DNA of 64,000 nucleotides from an uncultured Acidimicrobiales bacterium (GCA_964517125.1 CAZFBD010000009.1:8891-72890); one strand, 5' to 3'. Shown: positions 32,532-43,280, counted from the first letter of the stretch. The notes: a model not told the origin generated them from the letters alone. Made by a program: numbers and translations.

Positions 32532-33476
32532 TCAGCGGCGTCGCTGGCGACCTGCGCGTTCCATGTTGAGACCGTCGCCGGTGAGCGAGAGTTTTGGCCC
32601 GCGCTTCGGGGCCGAACCAAGTCCCTTGGCGAGCAGCAGGACTCGCCACCGGTGGCCGTCCCATGGCTTGAGCAATTCGAGCATGCGGGCATCGTCGCCG
32701 CGCTCCTCGCCCGCCAGATGCCATGCCACCGTGTTGGGCAGGTGGTAGTCGCCCACCGGTACGGCGTCGGCGTCGCCCATGGCCGTTGCGGTGATCATGG
32801 CGCTGGTCCATGGCCCCATTCCCCGAATGCGTTCGAGCCGGGCCCTGACCTGTTCGGGGGTTCGGTCGGTCAGGTTGGTCAGCCGTGGCATTTCCCGTGC
32901 GACCCGAAGAAGGATTTCCGCCCGCTTGCGTTCGACACCAAAGGGGTGCAGGTCGGAGTAGCCGAGCTCGGCGACACGTTCGGGCGACGGAAGGACGTGA
33001 CCTCCCCACGGTCCGGGTCCGGGTTCGCCGAATTTCCATCCCAGCATGCGGCGGGCCTTGACGGCGTTTGCCACCTGGACCTTCTGACCGAAGATGCCAC
33101 CGATGATCGAATCCCAGAGCCGATCGGTTCGGCCGAGCAGGAAGGGGCGCTGACGCCACGCGTCGCCCATGCGACCAGACGGCGGTTCGAAGCCGGCGAT
33201 GTCGTCCTCGGATCCGAGGAGCCGTGGCGCCTGGTTGAGCATCCATTCCGCTCCGGGCCCCCAGGCTTCGGCCGCCACGTCGGTGTCCGTCAGGCGTTCG
33301 AGGGCGAGGGCGCCGGTGCCATCGGGGGTGAGGGTGTTCCAGCGGGTTTCGGTCGGCCCGACCATGACCGGCTGTTTCGTTCCACGAACGGTACGAGCCA
33401 GTTCCACCCACTGCGGTATGGAAAACGTCCGGCGACTCGACATCCCCCGATCGTACGGCACCCACCCGGTGCACAC
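32532..33476 (-). CDS. HhH-GPD superfamily DNA glycosylase (AlkA / 3-methyladenine glycosylase II-like)
   Basis: 314 aa. The HhH-GPD region is LERIRGMGPWTSAMITATAMGDADAVPVGDYHL, containing the catalytic Asp. The start may instead be ATG 33443. Confidence 0.7.
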   Translation of the reverse strand: MCTGWVPYDRGMSSRRTFSIPQWVELARTVRGTKQPVMVGPTETRWNTLTPDGTGALALERLTDTDVAAEAWGPGAEWMLNQAPRLLGSEDDIAGFEPPSGRMGDAWRQRPFLLGRTDRLWDSIIGGIFGQKVQVANAVKARRMLGWKFGEPGPGPWGGHVLPSPERVAELGYSDLHPFGVERKRAEILLRVAREMPRLTNLTDRTPEQVRARLERIRGMGPWTSAMITATAMGDADAVPVGDYHLPNTVAWHLAGEERGDDARMLELLKPWDGHRWRVLLLAKGLGSAPKRGPKLSLTGDGLNMERAGRQRRR

Positions 33477-33531
33477 GGTCTGGGGAGAACGCCTCTTCCG
33501 TCACCGCTCGATGTGCGCTACCACTTGAACG

Positions 33532-35064
33532 ATGTCCAAGTCGGTGCTTGCAACTGCCCTTCTCTTGTCCGGTGTCCTGCTTGCGGCAATCACGAGCCCG
33601 GCCGGGGCACAGGACGGCCCAACGGTGTTCATCACCTCTCCTGCAGAGGGTGCGACGGTGCAGTTTCCGCTCACCGTGACCGGGACAATTGACGAGGGAA
33701 TCGACCCAGCCGAGGTGTGGTTTGGTTGGGACGTCGGGAACGTTTTCACCGACGTGGATCTCGAGATCGCGGGCGACGGCACGTTCACGACTGTTCTGAA
33801 CTGGTCCCTCCCAACACTCCCATCATCGGAACTCTTCATCCTTCTCGACGCCGCCCAAGGACGGAACGACTCCCGCAATCTCGTCCTCACCGGCCTGCCG
33901 GTCGACCAGGAAGCGCCGGAGTTTGTTCTGTCGGTTCCCGGCGATCCAGCGGACCTCCCACTGACACTCTCTGGACGCGTGACCGATGCAACGGGAATCG
34001 GCACAACCAATCAGGTGGGTATCCCACTCCTGGTCGCCACCACCCCGGACTTTGGCTACGAACAAACGATCCTGGAGACCAGTGATCTGGACGCCGACGG
34101 GTCCTTCACGATCACCCTCGATCCAAGCTTGGACGAGAGCTTTGTCGGCGACACGTTGGTCCTCACCGGCTTCGCCGTGGACACCTACGACAACCTCGCC
34201 GAATTCGAGCGCACCATCACCCTCGCCAACGTCGTCGACAACACGCCCCCGCAGATCACCATCACCCGTCCCACCCGGACCAACAACGTCTCCTACCCCG
34301 TCACGATGGCAGGCAGCGTTGTCGAGGAGTCATCGATTGCCAGCGCCTGGATCGAGGTCACGTACGTCAATCCAGAAATTCCGGACCCGCCGACGCAGTT
34401 CACGGTGCCGATCAGAATTCATGGGGGTGGGGACCGGTGGTCGGTCGAGTTCGACCCCCGTCTCGTCGCCGGTTGGCGCTGGAGTGAGCGCGGCAGGTTC
34501 GACGTCATGGTCTGGATGACGGACTCGCGCGATCGAACCGACTTCGAGTCAACGAGTTTCAACACCCGCGAGATCGTCTGGTACTGCGTCGATTGGGCGG
34601 TGACGGTCGACCTCTCGCAGGGAGATGTTCCAACCGATGGGCCCGACATCATCCTGGGCACCCTCGGCGACGACGTGATCGACGCTGGTGCTGGCGATGA
34701 CGTGGTGTGCGGACGCGACGGCAATGACCAGATCTGGGGCGGAAAGGGCGCCGACATTCTGGCGGGAGAGGCGGGTCGGGATCGGATTCGAGGGGGCGTC
34801 GGCAATGACCTGGTGAGCGGCGGGACGGGCCGCGACCGGATTCGGCTTGGTCGAGGCACCGATATTGGATGGGGCGATGGAGGTCGGGACCGGATGTTCG
34901 GCGACGCGGGTGCCGATGCGTTGTTCGGCATGGGTGGAAACGACCGTCTGTCAGGTGGGTCGGGCGACGATTTTCTCGACGGCGGCATCGGCACAAACGT
35001 TGGGGATGCTGGCGCAGGAATCGACGCCTGCGAACGAGTAACCGCCCGCAACTGCGAACGCTGA
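33532..35064 (+). CDS. secreted protein: Sec signal, three Ig-like modules, C-terminal RTX (hemolysin-type Ca-binding) repeats
   Basis: 510 aa. The signal peptide is MSKSVLATALLLSGVLLAAITSPAGA-QD. Three modules recur (VFITSPAEGATVQFPLTVTGT, LSVPGDPADLPLTLSGRVTDA, ITITRPTRTNNVSYPVTMAGSV). At least 9 GGxGxD-type nonapeptides follow (GGKGADILAGEAGRDRIRGGVGNDLVSGGTGRDRI...GGSGDDFLDGG). Confidence 0.75.
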   Translation: MSKSVLATALLLSGVLLAAITSPAGAQDGPTVFITSPAEGATVQFPLTVTGTIDEGIDPAEVWFGWDVGNVFTDVDLEIAGDGTFTTVLNWSLPTLPSSELFILLDAAQGRNDSRNLVLTGLPVDQEAPEFVLSVPGDPADLPLTLSGRVTDATGIGTTNQVGIPLLVATTPDFGYEQTILETSDLDADGSFTITLDPSLDESFVGDTLVLTGFAVDTYDNLAEFERTITLANVVDNTPPQITITRPTRTNNVSYPVTMAGSVVEESSIASAWIEVTYVNPEIPDPPTQFTVPIRIHGGGDRWSVEFDPRLVAGWRWSERGRFDVMVWMTDSRDRTDFESTSFNTREIVWYCVDWAVTVDLSQGDVPTDGPDIILGTLGDDVIDAGAGDDVVCGRDGNDQIWGGKGADILAGEAGRDRIRGGVGNDLVSGGTGRDRIRLGRGTDIGWGDGGRDRMFGDAGADALFGMGGNDRLSGGSGDDFLDGGIGTNVGDAGAGIDACERVTARNCER

Positions 35065-35121
35065 TCAGGCGTCAGACCCCTGTTTGGTGGGGTGCGGCGC
35101 GCATGGTCCTGAGAGACTGCG

Positions 35122-35907
35122 GTGGTGCGAGTGTTGACATGGAATCTGTGGTGGCGGTTCGGCAATTGGGAAGAGCGCCAGCCTGCCATCGAGGCGACGC
35201 TCCGCTCCCTCGACGTTGACGTGGTGGCACTTCAGGAGACCTGGCCCGAACAGGCGGAGCACCTTGCGGACACTCTCGGGTGGAACCACGCCTTCTCCGG
35301 GACCCGCCCCTCCGACCGTCACCCCAACGGGTTCGGCAACGCGATCCTCTCGCGCCACCCAATCCGCACCACAAGGGAAATCACGCTCCCGGCCCTCGAG
35401 GGACCCGCATATCGGAGCGCGTTGTTCGCGCAGATCGTCGGTCCGACCACAATCGACGTGTACACCACCCACCTGGCCCACCGCTTCTCCGAATCCCCAA
35501 CGCGGGTGGCTCAGCTCACGGCGCTCTCAGATTTCGTGTGTGATCACTCCCCAACCAACGATGGAGCGGGACAGCCCACATTACTCATGGGCGACCTCAA
35601 CGCCGTCCCCGACAGCGACGAGATACGGAGGCTGACCGGCCGAGCCACGCCATACCATCCGGAATCGGTCTGGAGCGACGCTTGGGAGCAGGTTGGCCAG
35701 GGAACCGGCATCACGTGGAGCGACGCCAACCCCTACACCGGTGCCTCGACATGGCCGAACCGACGGATCGACTACGTCCTCAGCCGATGGCCGCGCACGG
35801 CCCCCACCGGCAACCCCGCCAGCGCCACGCTCGTCGGCCGTGAACCGATCGACGGCGTTGTCGCCAGCGACCACTGGGGAGTGCTTGTCGAGATCGTGAC
35901 CGGCTGA
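35122..35907 (+). CDS. endonuclease/exonuclease/phosphatase (EEP) family protein
   Basis: 261 aa with a GTG start. Motifs are VLTWNLWW, VVALQE, LMGDLNAVPDSDE and SDHWGVLVEI. Confidence 0.8.
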   Translation: MVRVLTWNLWWRFGNWEERQPAIEATLRSLDVDVVALQETWPEQAEHLADTLGWNHAFSGTRPSDRHPNGFGNAILSRHPIRTTREITLPALEGPAYRSALFAQIVGPTTIDVYTTHLAHRFSESPTRVAQLTALSDFVCDHSPTNDGAGQPTLLMGDLNAVPDSDEIRRLTGRATPYHPESVWSDAWEQVGQGTGITWSDANPYTGASTWPNRRIDYVLSRWPRTAPTGNPASATLVGREPIDGVVASDHWGVLVEIVTG

Positions 35908-35934
35908 AAAGCCCAAACCTGCAACAATGGAGGA

Positions 35935-36087
35935 ATGGGTCAACGACGTGAGCGCGCCTTCGCCAGTGTGCGCAACGAATGGAGCGAGGCCCCGTGGTTC
36001 GTTCTGCTCACCATTGTTGTGGTGGCATTCGTGGGTCCTGGCCTGGTCTGGGGAGCCTGGTTGGCGTTTGCCAGCTTGTTCAGCTGA
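35935..36087 (+). CDS. possible 50-aa small membrane protein
   Basis: My own translation of the 180-nt gap gives MGQRRERAFASVRNEWSEAPWFVLLTIVVVAFVGPGLVWGAWLAFASLFS-stop, a basic N-terminus plus hydrophobic helices. GGAGGA abuts the ATG with poor spacing. It is too short for the ORF track, so this is speculative. Confidence 0.2.
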   Translation: MGQRRERAFASVRNEWSEAPWFVLLTIVVVAFVGPGLVWGAWLAFASLFS

Positions 36088-37818
36088 TCACCGGTCGTCC
36101 GAGCCCGATCGTTGCACAAGACCAGCCTGCACGAGTTCCTCGAACGGCGCGGGCTTGGCAAACAGATAGCCCTGACCGCGGGGACAGTTCATCTCCGACA
36201 GTGACTCCACCGTCTCGGTGTCCTCGATCCCTTCGGCCACCATCTCCAAATCCAGGAGCGCCGCCATCTCGACCGTGGACCGCACGATCGACCAGTCGGT
36301 GTGGTCATTGGTGATTCGGCTGACGAAGGAACGGTCCATCTTCACCTGGGTGAATGGAAGGTCACGCAGCCTGATGAGCGACGAGAATCCGGTGCCGTAG
36401 TCGTCGAGTGACAATCCGACCCCGAGTGCTCGAAGTTCCTCGAGAACCCATGCGAGTTGCTTGAGGTCGTCGTCGATGTCCCGCTCGGACAGCTCGATGG
36501 TGAGTTGCCCGGCAGCAAGGCTTCCGTTGGAACGGAGCCGACGAATGGCTGGGAGGAGCTGCGGTGAACGAAGCCCCTCTGCCGTGATGTTCACCGAGAT
36601 TCGTAGTGGATCTCCGTTCGCCGTCGTGGCGTTCGAAATTCGCGCTGACGACTCGATCACGAACAGGTCGAGTCTGCTCGAGAGGCCCCCCTTGGCAACA
36701 GCGTCAAGGAACGCAAACGGTGGAAGTACACCCTTCTCGGGATGGTCCCAGCGAGCGAGAGCCTCCACGCCGACGACCTCGCTCGTGGCGAGGTCAACGA
36801 TCGGCTGGAACCACATGACGAGTTCGGTCTCGAGGTGCTGGGCCAGGCGCTGCATTGCGGCCAGGTCGTCTTCGCTCATCTTCTCGGTGATGGCGGTGTG
36901 CATGATTTGGGTCATGCCGCTGCGCTTTGCCTCCTCGGTTGCGCTGTCAGCTTGTCGTAGCAGCTCCGAGGTGGTGATTCCAGGAGCACCACGCGTGAGC
37001 CCGATGGAACTCTGCGGTTCAAGCACTGCGGTTCCGATCTCCAGCCGGGCCCCGATGTCTCGGACGAGTCCCTCGGCCAGAGCCTGTACCGCCTCATCCC
37101 CATCGACGTCCAGGATGAGCAGTCCGAATTCGTCACCGCCGAGTCGGGCGAGATGGACCAGTTCGGACTGCCGACCGGACAGTCGTTGTCCGATCTGTCG
37201 GAGCAGTTCGTCTCCGACGTTCGTGCCGAGTGCACCGTTGACCTGTGTGGTTCCGCGAAGGTCGATGATGCCCAGCACGACAGATTCCGGCGTCGAGTCG
37301 AGCGCTCGGCTGACCCGGCCGAGGAGAGCATCCCGGCTGAGCAGTCCGGTGAGACTGTCGGTTTCGAGGTGACGCTCCAGTTCTGCCTCTCGCTGCTTGA
37401 GAACGCCGAGGCCCTGCGCCAGCCCAAAGACCCGGTTTCCCTCGGTCGTTGCACGGATTCGACTGGTTGCGAGCACCCACTCGGTCGTGCCGTCAGGGCG
37501 ACGGAGCTGCACGTCGCCTTCGAAGGTTGTGTCCGGGTTTCGTTTGTTCGGATCGGACAGGGCTTCATCAGCGACCAGATCGATCATCGATGTGCCAAGC
37601 AGATCATCGAGTTCGTAACCACTCACCAGTTCGATCGCGCCGATCGCATCGAGAATCGTCATGTCTTCATCGACATCGTGCACGTAGAGCACGCAGCCGA
37701 TATCACCCAAGAGATCGTGCAGTGCCGTGTCTCCCGTCAGAAAGCGATCGACAAGACCAGCCTCCGCACGCGAGCGGGCTGCCGCCATCTCGTTCCGCCA
37801 AATTTCCGCCATCAACAT
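36088..37818 (-). CDS. cytoplasmic PAS-GGDEF-EAL protein (c-di-GMP turnover)
   Basis: 576 aa. It has a PAS-like N-terminus (VQLRRPDGTTEWVLATSRIRA), the GGDEF motif (RLGGDEFGLLI) and EAL motifs (EALARW, ELSERD, DDYGTGFSS). Confidence 0.85.
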   Translation of the reverse strand: MLMAEIWRNEMAAARSRAEAGLVDRFLTGDTALHDLLGDIGCVLYVHDVDEDMTILDAIGAIELVSGYELDDLLGTSMIDLVADEALSDPNKRNPDTTFEGDVQLRRPDGTTEWVLATSRIRATTEGNRVFGLAQGLGVLKQREAELERHLETDSLTGLLSRDALLGRVSRALDSTPESVVLGIIDLRGTTQVNGALGTNVGDELLRQIGQRLSGRQSELVHLARLGGDEFGLLILDVDGDEAVQALAEGLVRDIGARLEIGTAVLEPQSSIGLTRGAPGITTSELLRQADSATEEAKRSGMTQIMHTAITEKMSEDDLAAMQRLAQHLETELVMWFQPIVDLATSEVVGVEALARWDHPEKGVLPPFAFLDAVAKGGLSSRLDLFVIESSARISNATTANGDPLRISVNITAEGLRSPQLLPAIRRLRSNGSLAAGQLTIELSERDIDDDLKQLAWVLEELRALGVGLSLDDYGTGFSSLIRLRDLPFTQVKMDRSFVSRITNDHTDWSIVRSTVEMAALLDLEMVAEGIEDTETVESLSEMNCPRGQGYLFAKPAPFEELVQAGLVQRSGSDDR

Positions 37819-37950
37819 CCATCGACCGTTCAGCAGCGATGTGAAGGGCTCGTTGCAACGTTTGGTACTTCACATCCCGAACGCAAACGTGCCTCTTCGG
37901 TCACCCCACCCCCTGGGTAGAAGCCCAAACCCTCAACCTCACAAACGCCT

Positions 37951-37990
37951 GAAAAAGGAAGAAGGGCCCGACGCAAGCGTCGGGCCCTTC
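37951..37990 (-). terminator. intrinsic terminator of groES-groEL
   Basis: A perfect 13-bp stem pairs gaagggcccgacg (37961-37973) with cgtcgggcccttc (37978-37990), with loop CAAG. On the minus strand it is followed by UUCCUUUUUC. It lies ~120 nt downstream of the groEL stop. Confidence 0.8.
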
Positions 37991-38107
37991 CAAAATGCAA
38001 TCGCTCGGAGCGACCTCAACGTAACCGGCAAGTTTCGAGCCGCTAGGCGAGAAACCTGGTGAGAGAGTGAGGCGGCGAACCCTTCGGGTTCGTGCCGAGC
38101 GAACGGC

Positions 38108-39769
<1,662 letters not shown>

Positions 39770-39772
39770 CTA

Positions 39773-40063
39773 CTACTTGACGACTGCGAGCACGTCGCGA
39801 GCGTTGAGGATGAGCAGGTCTTCGCCGGCCGAGGAGATCTCGGTGCCGCCGTACTTGGAGTAGACAACGACGTCACCGACGCCGACGTCCATGGGGATGA
39901 CCTCACCGGTCTGGTCGGAGCGCTTGCCGGGACCGGCTGCGAGGACCTCGCCCTGCTGGGGCTTCTCGGTGGCGCTGTCGGGAATGACGAGGCCGCTTGC
40001 GGTGGTCTGTTCGGGAGCTGCCGGTCGCACAACAATGCGATCCTCGAGTGGCTGCAGGTTCAT
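39773..40063 (-). CDS. groES: co-chaperonin GroES (Cpn10)
   Basis: 96 aa. [46 protein letters not shown]..., located 15 nt upstream of groEL. Confidence 0.95.
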   Translation of the reverse strand: MNLQPLEDRIVVRPAAPEQTTASGLVIPDSATEKPQQGEVLAAGPGKRSDQTGEVIPMDVGVGDVVVYSKYGGTEISSAGEDLLILNARDVLAVVK

Positions 40064-40116
40064 TCACGCCTCCTATGGCGATGGGAATGTGATGGGCAAT
40101 GGTCGTTCGAGGAGTG

Positions 40117-40143
40117 CTGGCACTCACAACGAACGACTGCCAA
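40117..40143 (-). promoter_or_regulatory. CIRCE-like HrcA operator (proximal)
   Basis: CTGGCACTC-N9-GACTGCCAA compared with the actinobacterial CIRCE TTGGCACTC-N9-GAGTGCCAA matches 8/9 in each arm. It lies 54-80 nt upstream of the groES start. Confidence 0.65.
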
Positions 40144-40164
40144 CGATAGAGAGCGCGGCCAGAA

Positions 40165-40191
40165 TTGGCAACCGAGCACCGAGAGTGCCAA
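40165..40191 (-). promoter_or_regulatory. CIRCE-like HrcA operator (distal)
   Basis: TTGGCAACC-N9-GAGTGCCAA has a perfect right arm (9/9) and a left arm matching 7/9. It lies 102-128 nt upstream of groES. Confidence 0.55.
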
Positions 40192-40213
40192 TTCGGCGAA
40201 TCCGGGGCAACGG

Positions 40214-40939
40214 TCAGCGGGCGACGCGTTGGAACCTGACGGTGTTGGAGCCGTTTGTCCAGACCATCTCGTTCCCCGTTTGCCCAATCTCGAAACCGGA
40301 CGCAAAGAGGTCGAGGAGTGCGCGCTCGGTCGGCACCATCTGTGCGCCACCGTCAGGGATCGTGCACAGCTCCTCGTTTCCTTCCACCAGCATCGGAAAC
40401 ATGGCGGTTCCGTCGCGCACGGTCTCTCCACCTGCGGTGTTGCAGCCGAAGTTTCCGGCGATGAAGCCCGCATCGATCTCCAGTTCGGGGATCTGTTCGG
40501 TGTTGATGCCCACCTCGACCGCTACGTCGTTGACCTCGGTCATTTTCCAGACGCCGTCGATCTCGATCTCGTCGGACGGGTCGATCGGCACGGCCGGCAG
40601 CTGGAAGACCGTTCCGCTGACCATGTCGCTGATCGTGAAGGACTCGAGCGTGGGGTCGACATCGATCTTGACGAGGTCTGCACAGTCGTTGCCGGCGTCG
40701 TAGGACTGGGTCGTCTGGACGGAGACCCGGTAGGTGCCGTCGACGAACTCCGTGAGGATCGCCTCCGGCGCACCATTGCATGAGTCAACCACCAGGGTCA
40801 CCTGCCCAGCCTGATCCCATTCGACCGCCAGGACGTCGACGTTCGACCGGTTCATCCAGAGCCAGCCGAGCCCGAGAGCGACCATCGTGAACACCGCGAC
40901 GGACAGCCCGATAACGGTGGTTGATCGTTTGGTCGCCAC
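40214..40939 (-). CDS. membrane-anchored META (HslJ-like) domain protein
   Basis: 241 aa. It has an N-terminal anchor (TVIGLSVAVFTMVALGLGWLW). The C-terminal half is GVWKMTEV...PELEIDAGFIAGNFGCNTAGGE...ELCTIPDGG...ERALLDLFASGFEI...NEMVWTN, which fits the META-domain pattern (W.l..., G..GCN..., C...e..l). Confidence 0.6.
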   Translation of the reverse strand: MATKRSTTVIGLSVAVFTMVALGLGWLWMNRSNVDVLAVEWDQAGQVTLVVDSCNGAPEAILTEFVDGTYRVSVQTTQSYDAGNDCADLVKIDVDPTLESFTISDMVSGTVFQLPAVPIDPSDEIEIDGVWKMTEVNDVAVEVGINTEQIPELEIDAGFIAGNFGCNTAGGETVRDGTAMFPMLVEGNEELCTIPDGGAQMVPTERALLDLFASGFEIGQTGNEMVWTNGSNTVRFQRVAR

Positions 40940-41006
40940 ACCCCAACGGTACGCGATTCAGGCAGCGAGCTTTCGCCGCCCGTCGTCCAGCCATAGGGTC
41001 GCGCCC

Positions 41007-41690
41007 ATGAGTATTGGTTTGGCGTATCTCCTGGCGGGGTTGGCCTTTGGTGGTTCCTACCTCGTGAAGTGGTGGTTGAAGCGCACGTACCGCATCTGGA
41101 GCGCGGTCGAGAATCAGTACCAGGTGACCGGCGCGCAGACGGCTGCGGCCATACTGAACGACCACGGCGTGGAAGGGGTGAAGCTGCAGCAGGTTCGGGG
41201 CAAGCTCACCGATCACTACGACCCGGCGAAGGACATTCTGCGGCTGTCGAAGTCGAACTGGGGCACAACCAGCGTGGCGGCCATGGCGGTGTCTGCGCAC
41301 GAAGCCGGCCATGCGTTGCAGGACCATTCGAACGATCTTCGGCTTCGACTTCGCCGCTTTCTGGTTCCGATGGCGGCGCTCGGGTCTCGGTTTGGTCCCA
41401 TGGTGGTTCTGGCTGGTCTGGTCACCGGAAGCGACGGCATCCTCAAGGTCGGCGCCATCCTTCTGGCCGGTATGACCATCTTCCAGATTGCGACGTTGCC
41501 GGTCGAGTTCAACGCCAGCCGGCGGGCGCTCGACAGCCTGGAGCGGCTGGGCCTGTCGGACCCAGCGCAGCGCGACGGTGTCGAGGCCGTTCTGCGTGCG
41601 GCGGCGCTCACCTATGTGGCTGCAGCGGCAACGAGCCTGGCCTATTTCGCCATGCTGTTCGCCCGCGGCCGCGGTCGCTGGATCGTCTGA
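41007..41690 (+). CDS. YugP-type putative neutral zinc metallopeptidase (membrane)
   Basis: From ORF 40887..41690, with the start at ATG 41007 (MSIGLAYLL). Motifs are DHYDPAKDILRLS and the zinc site VSAHEAGHALQD, plus C-terminal TM helices. Confidence 0.8.
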   Translation: MSIGLAYLLAGLAFGGSYLVKWWLKRTYRIWSAVENQYQVTGAQTAAAILNDHGVEGVKLQQVRGKLTDHYDPAKDILRLSKSNWGTTSVAAMAVSAHEAGHALQDHSNDLRLRLRRFLVPMAALGSRFGPMVVLAGLVTGSDGILKVGAILLAGMTIFQIATLPVEFNASRRALDSLERLGLSDPAQRDGVEAVLRAAALTYVAAAATSLAYFAMLFARGRGRWIV

Positions 41691-41745
41691 CCCGATCTGT
41701 GGTCGCTGGTGGTCGCATGGCGACCACCAGGGTCCACAGATTCCG

Positions 41746-42744
41746 TTAGAGGACGGGGAGGCGGAGGCTGGAGTTGGCGCCGTGGTCGAGTTCGGCGGGG
41801 CCGTCGGACAGCCAGCGCCACCAGCCTGCGGCGGCGATCATTGCGGCGTTGTCGGTGCACATCGAACGACTCGGCACGAACGCCTGGAGGCCATCCTCCA
41901 CACAGACGTCGAGGACACGCTCACGCAGACCCGAGTTGGCGGCGACACCGCCGCCGATACACAAGCCAGCAGCACCGAACTCGTGGACCGCTCGGCGAGC
42001 CTTGGTGACGAGCACGTCGACCACGGCCTCCTGGAACGACGCCGCCACGTCGGCGTCGGTGGAGTCGGGGTTCTTGCGAACATGATTGACGACCGAGGTC
42101 TTCAAGCCGCTGAAGGAGAAGTTGTACCCGTCGTTCTTCATGGCTCGGGGGAACGCGATGGCGGTGGGGTCGCCGGACTCGGCGAGCTGATCGATGATGG
42201 GTCCACCCGGGTAGCCGAGGCCGAGGTAGCGGGCGACCTTGTCGAACGCTTCGCCGGCGGCATCGTCGAGCGTTTCACCAAGGAGGCGGTACTGGCCGTG
42301 GCCTTCCATGAGCACGAGCATCGTGTGTCCACCAGACACCAGCAGGGTGACGAGCGGCATGGGGATTTCTGGCTCTTCGAGCGACGCGGCGTACAGGTGC
42401 CCTTCGAGGTGATTGACCGGCACGAACGGCTTGTCCCACACGAGGGCGAGCGACTTTGCCGCGCTCACTCCAATGAGCAGCGAGCCGATCAGGCCAGGCC
42501 CGACGGTTGCGGCAACCGCGGTGAGTTCGGGCGGTTCCACACCCGCTTCGATCATCGCTTGCGCAATGACCGGTGTGAGCATTTCGACGTGCGCCCGGCT
42601 GGCAACCTCGGGTACCACACCGCCATAGCGAGCGTGGATGTCGATCTGGCTGGACACCACCGACGAGAGGACGTTGGTGCCGGATTCGACGACGGACGCA
42701 GCGGTTTCGTCGCATGAGGTTTCGATGGCAAGGATCAGGCCCAT
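41746..42744 (-). CDS. tsaD: tRNA N6-adenosine threonylcarbamoyltransferase
   Basis: From ORF 41746..42819, with the start at ATG 42744 (MGLILAIETSCDETAASVV). Motifs are HARYGGVVPEVASRAH and NHLEGH. Confidence 0.9.
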   Translation of the reverse strand: MGLILAIETSCDETAASVVESGTNVLSSVVSSQIDIHARYGGVVPEVASRAHVEMLTPVIAQAMIEAGVEPPELTAVAATVGPGLIGSLLIGVSAAKSLALVWDKPFVPVNHLEGHLYAASLEEPEIPMPLVTLLVSGGHTMLVLMEGHGQYRLLGETLDDAAGEAFDKVARYLGLGYPGGPIIDQLAESGDPTAIAFPRAMKNDGYNFSFSGLKTSVVNHVRKNPDSTDADVAASFQEAVVDVLVTKARRAVHEFGAAGLCIGGGVAANSGLRERVLDVCVEDGLQAFVPSRSMCTDNAAMIAAAGWWRWLSDGPAELDHGANSSLRLPVL

Positions 42745-43280
42745 GGTGTCTCCAGGTCGTGCACGAAGTGCATGGTGTTGATGCGTTCCAGGTACTCGCC
42801 GGCGAACTCGGGGCTCCACAGCACCAGCGCGTCCTCACCGTTGTCTCCGTAGTAGCCCCGACGGATTCCTGCCGGGGCCAGACCGAAGCGACGGTAGAGG
42901 GTGAGTGCGTCGGTGTTGGTTGACCGAACCTCGAGCGTGAGCGCCCGACAGCCCGCACCCTGCGACGCTCGGATGAGCGCCAGCATGAGGTCGTGGCCAA
43001 AGCCCTGGCCCTGCGCCTCGGCGGCGAGCGCGATGGTGCTGACGTGCGCTTCGTCGGCCATGAACAGGACGCCCGCATGGCCGAGGGGTCGGTGGCTTCG
43101 TTCGAGGACGAGATGCGTTCGGTTGGAGCCCGTGACCTGGTCGATGGTCATTTTGCGGGACCACGGCGTGGGATAGGCGTGACGGTCGATGGCCATGATG
43201 TCGTGCACATCACGCGGCTCGGCGCGTCGTATCACCAGCTGCTGCTGGCCGGTGCCCGGTCGGGCGTCGACGTCAGTCAT
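42735..43280 (-). CDS. rimI: ribosomal-protein-alanine N-acetyltransferase (GNAT)
   Basis: From ORF 42735..43355, with the start at ATG 43280 (MTDVDARPG). It has the GNAT motif A (IALAAEAQGQGFGHDLM), and its position between tsaB and tsaD is the conserved one. Confidence 0.8.
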   Translation of the reverse strand: MTDVDARPGTGQQQLVIRRAEPRDVHDIMAIDRHAYPTPWSRKMTIDQVTGSNRTHLVLERSHRPLGHAGVLFMADEAHVSTIALAAEAQGQGFGHDLMLALIRASQGAGCRALTLEVRSTNTDALTLYRRFGLAPAGIRRGYYGDNGEDALVLWSPEFAGEYLERINTMHFVHDLETPWA

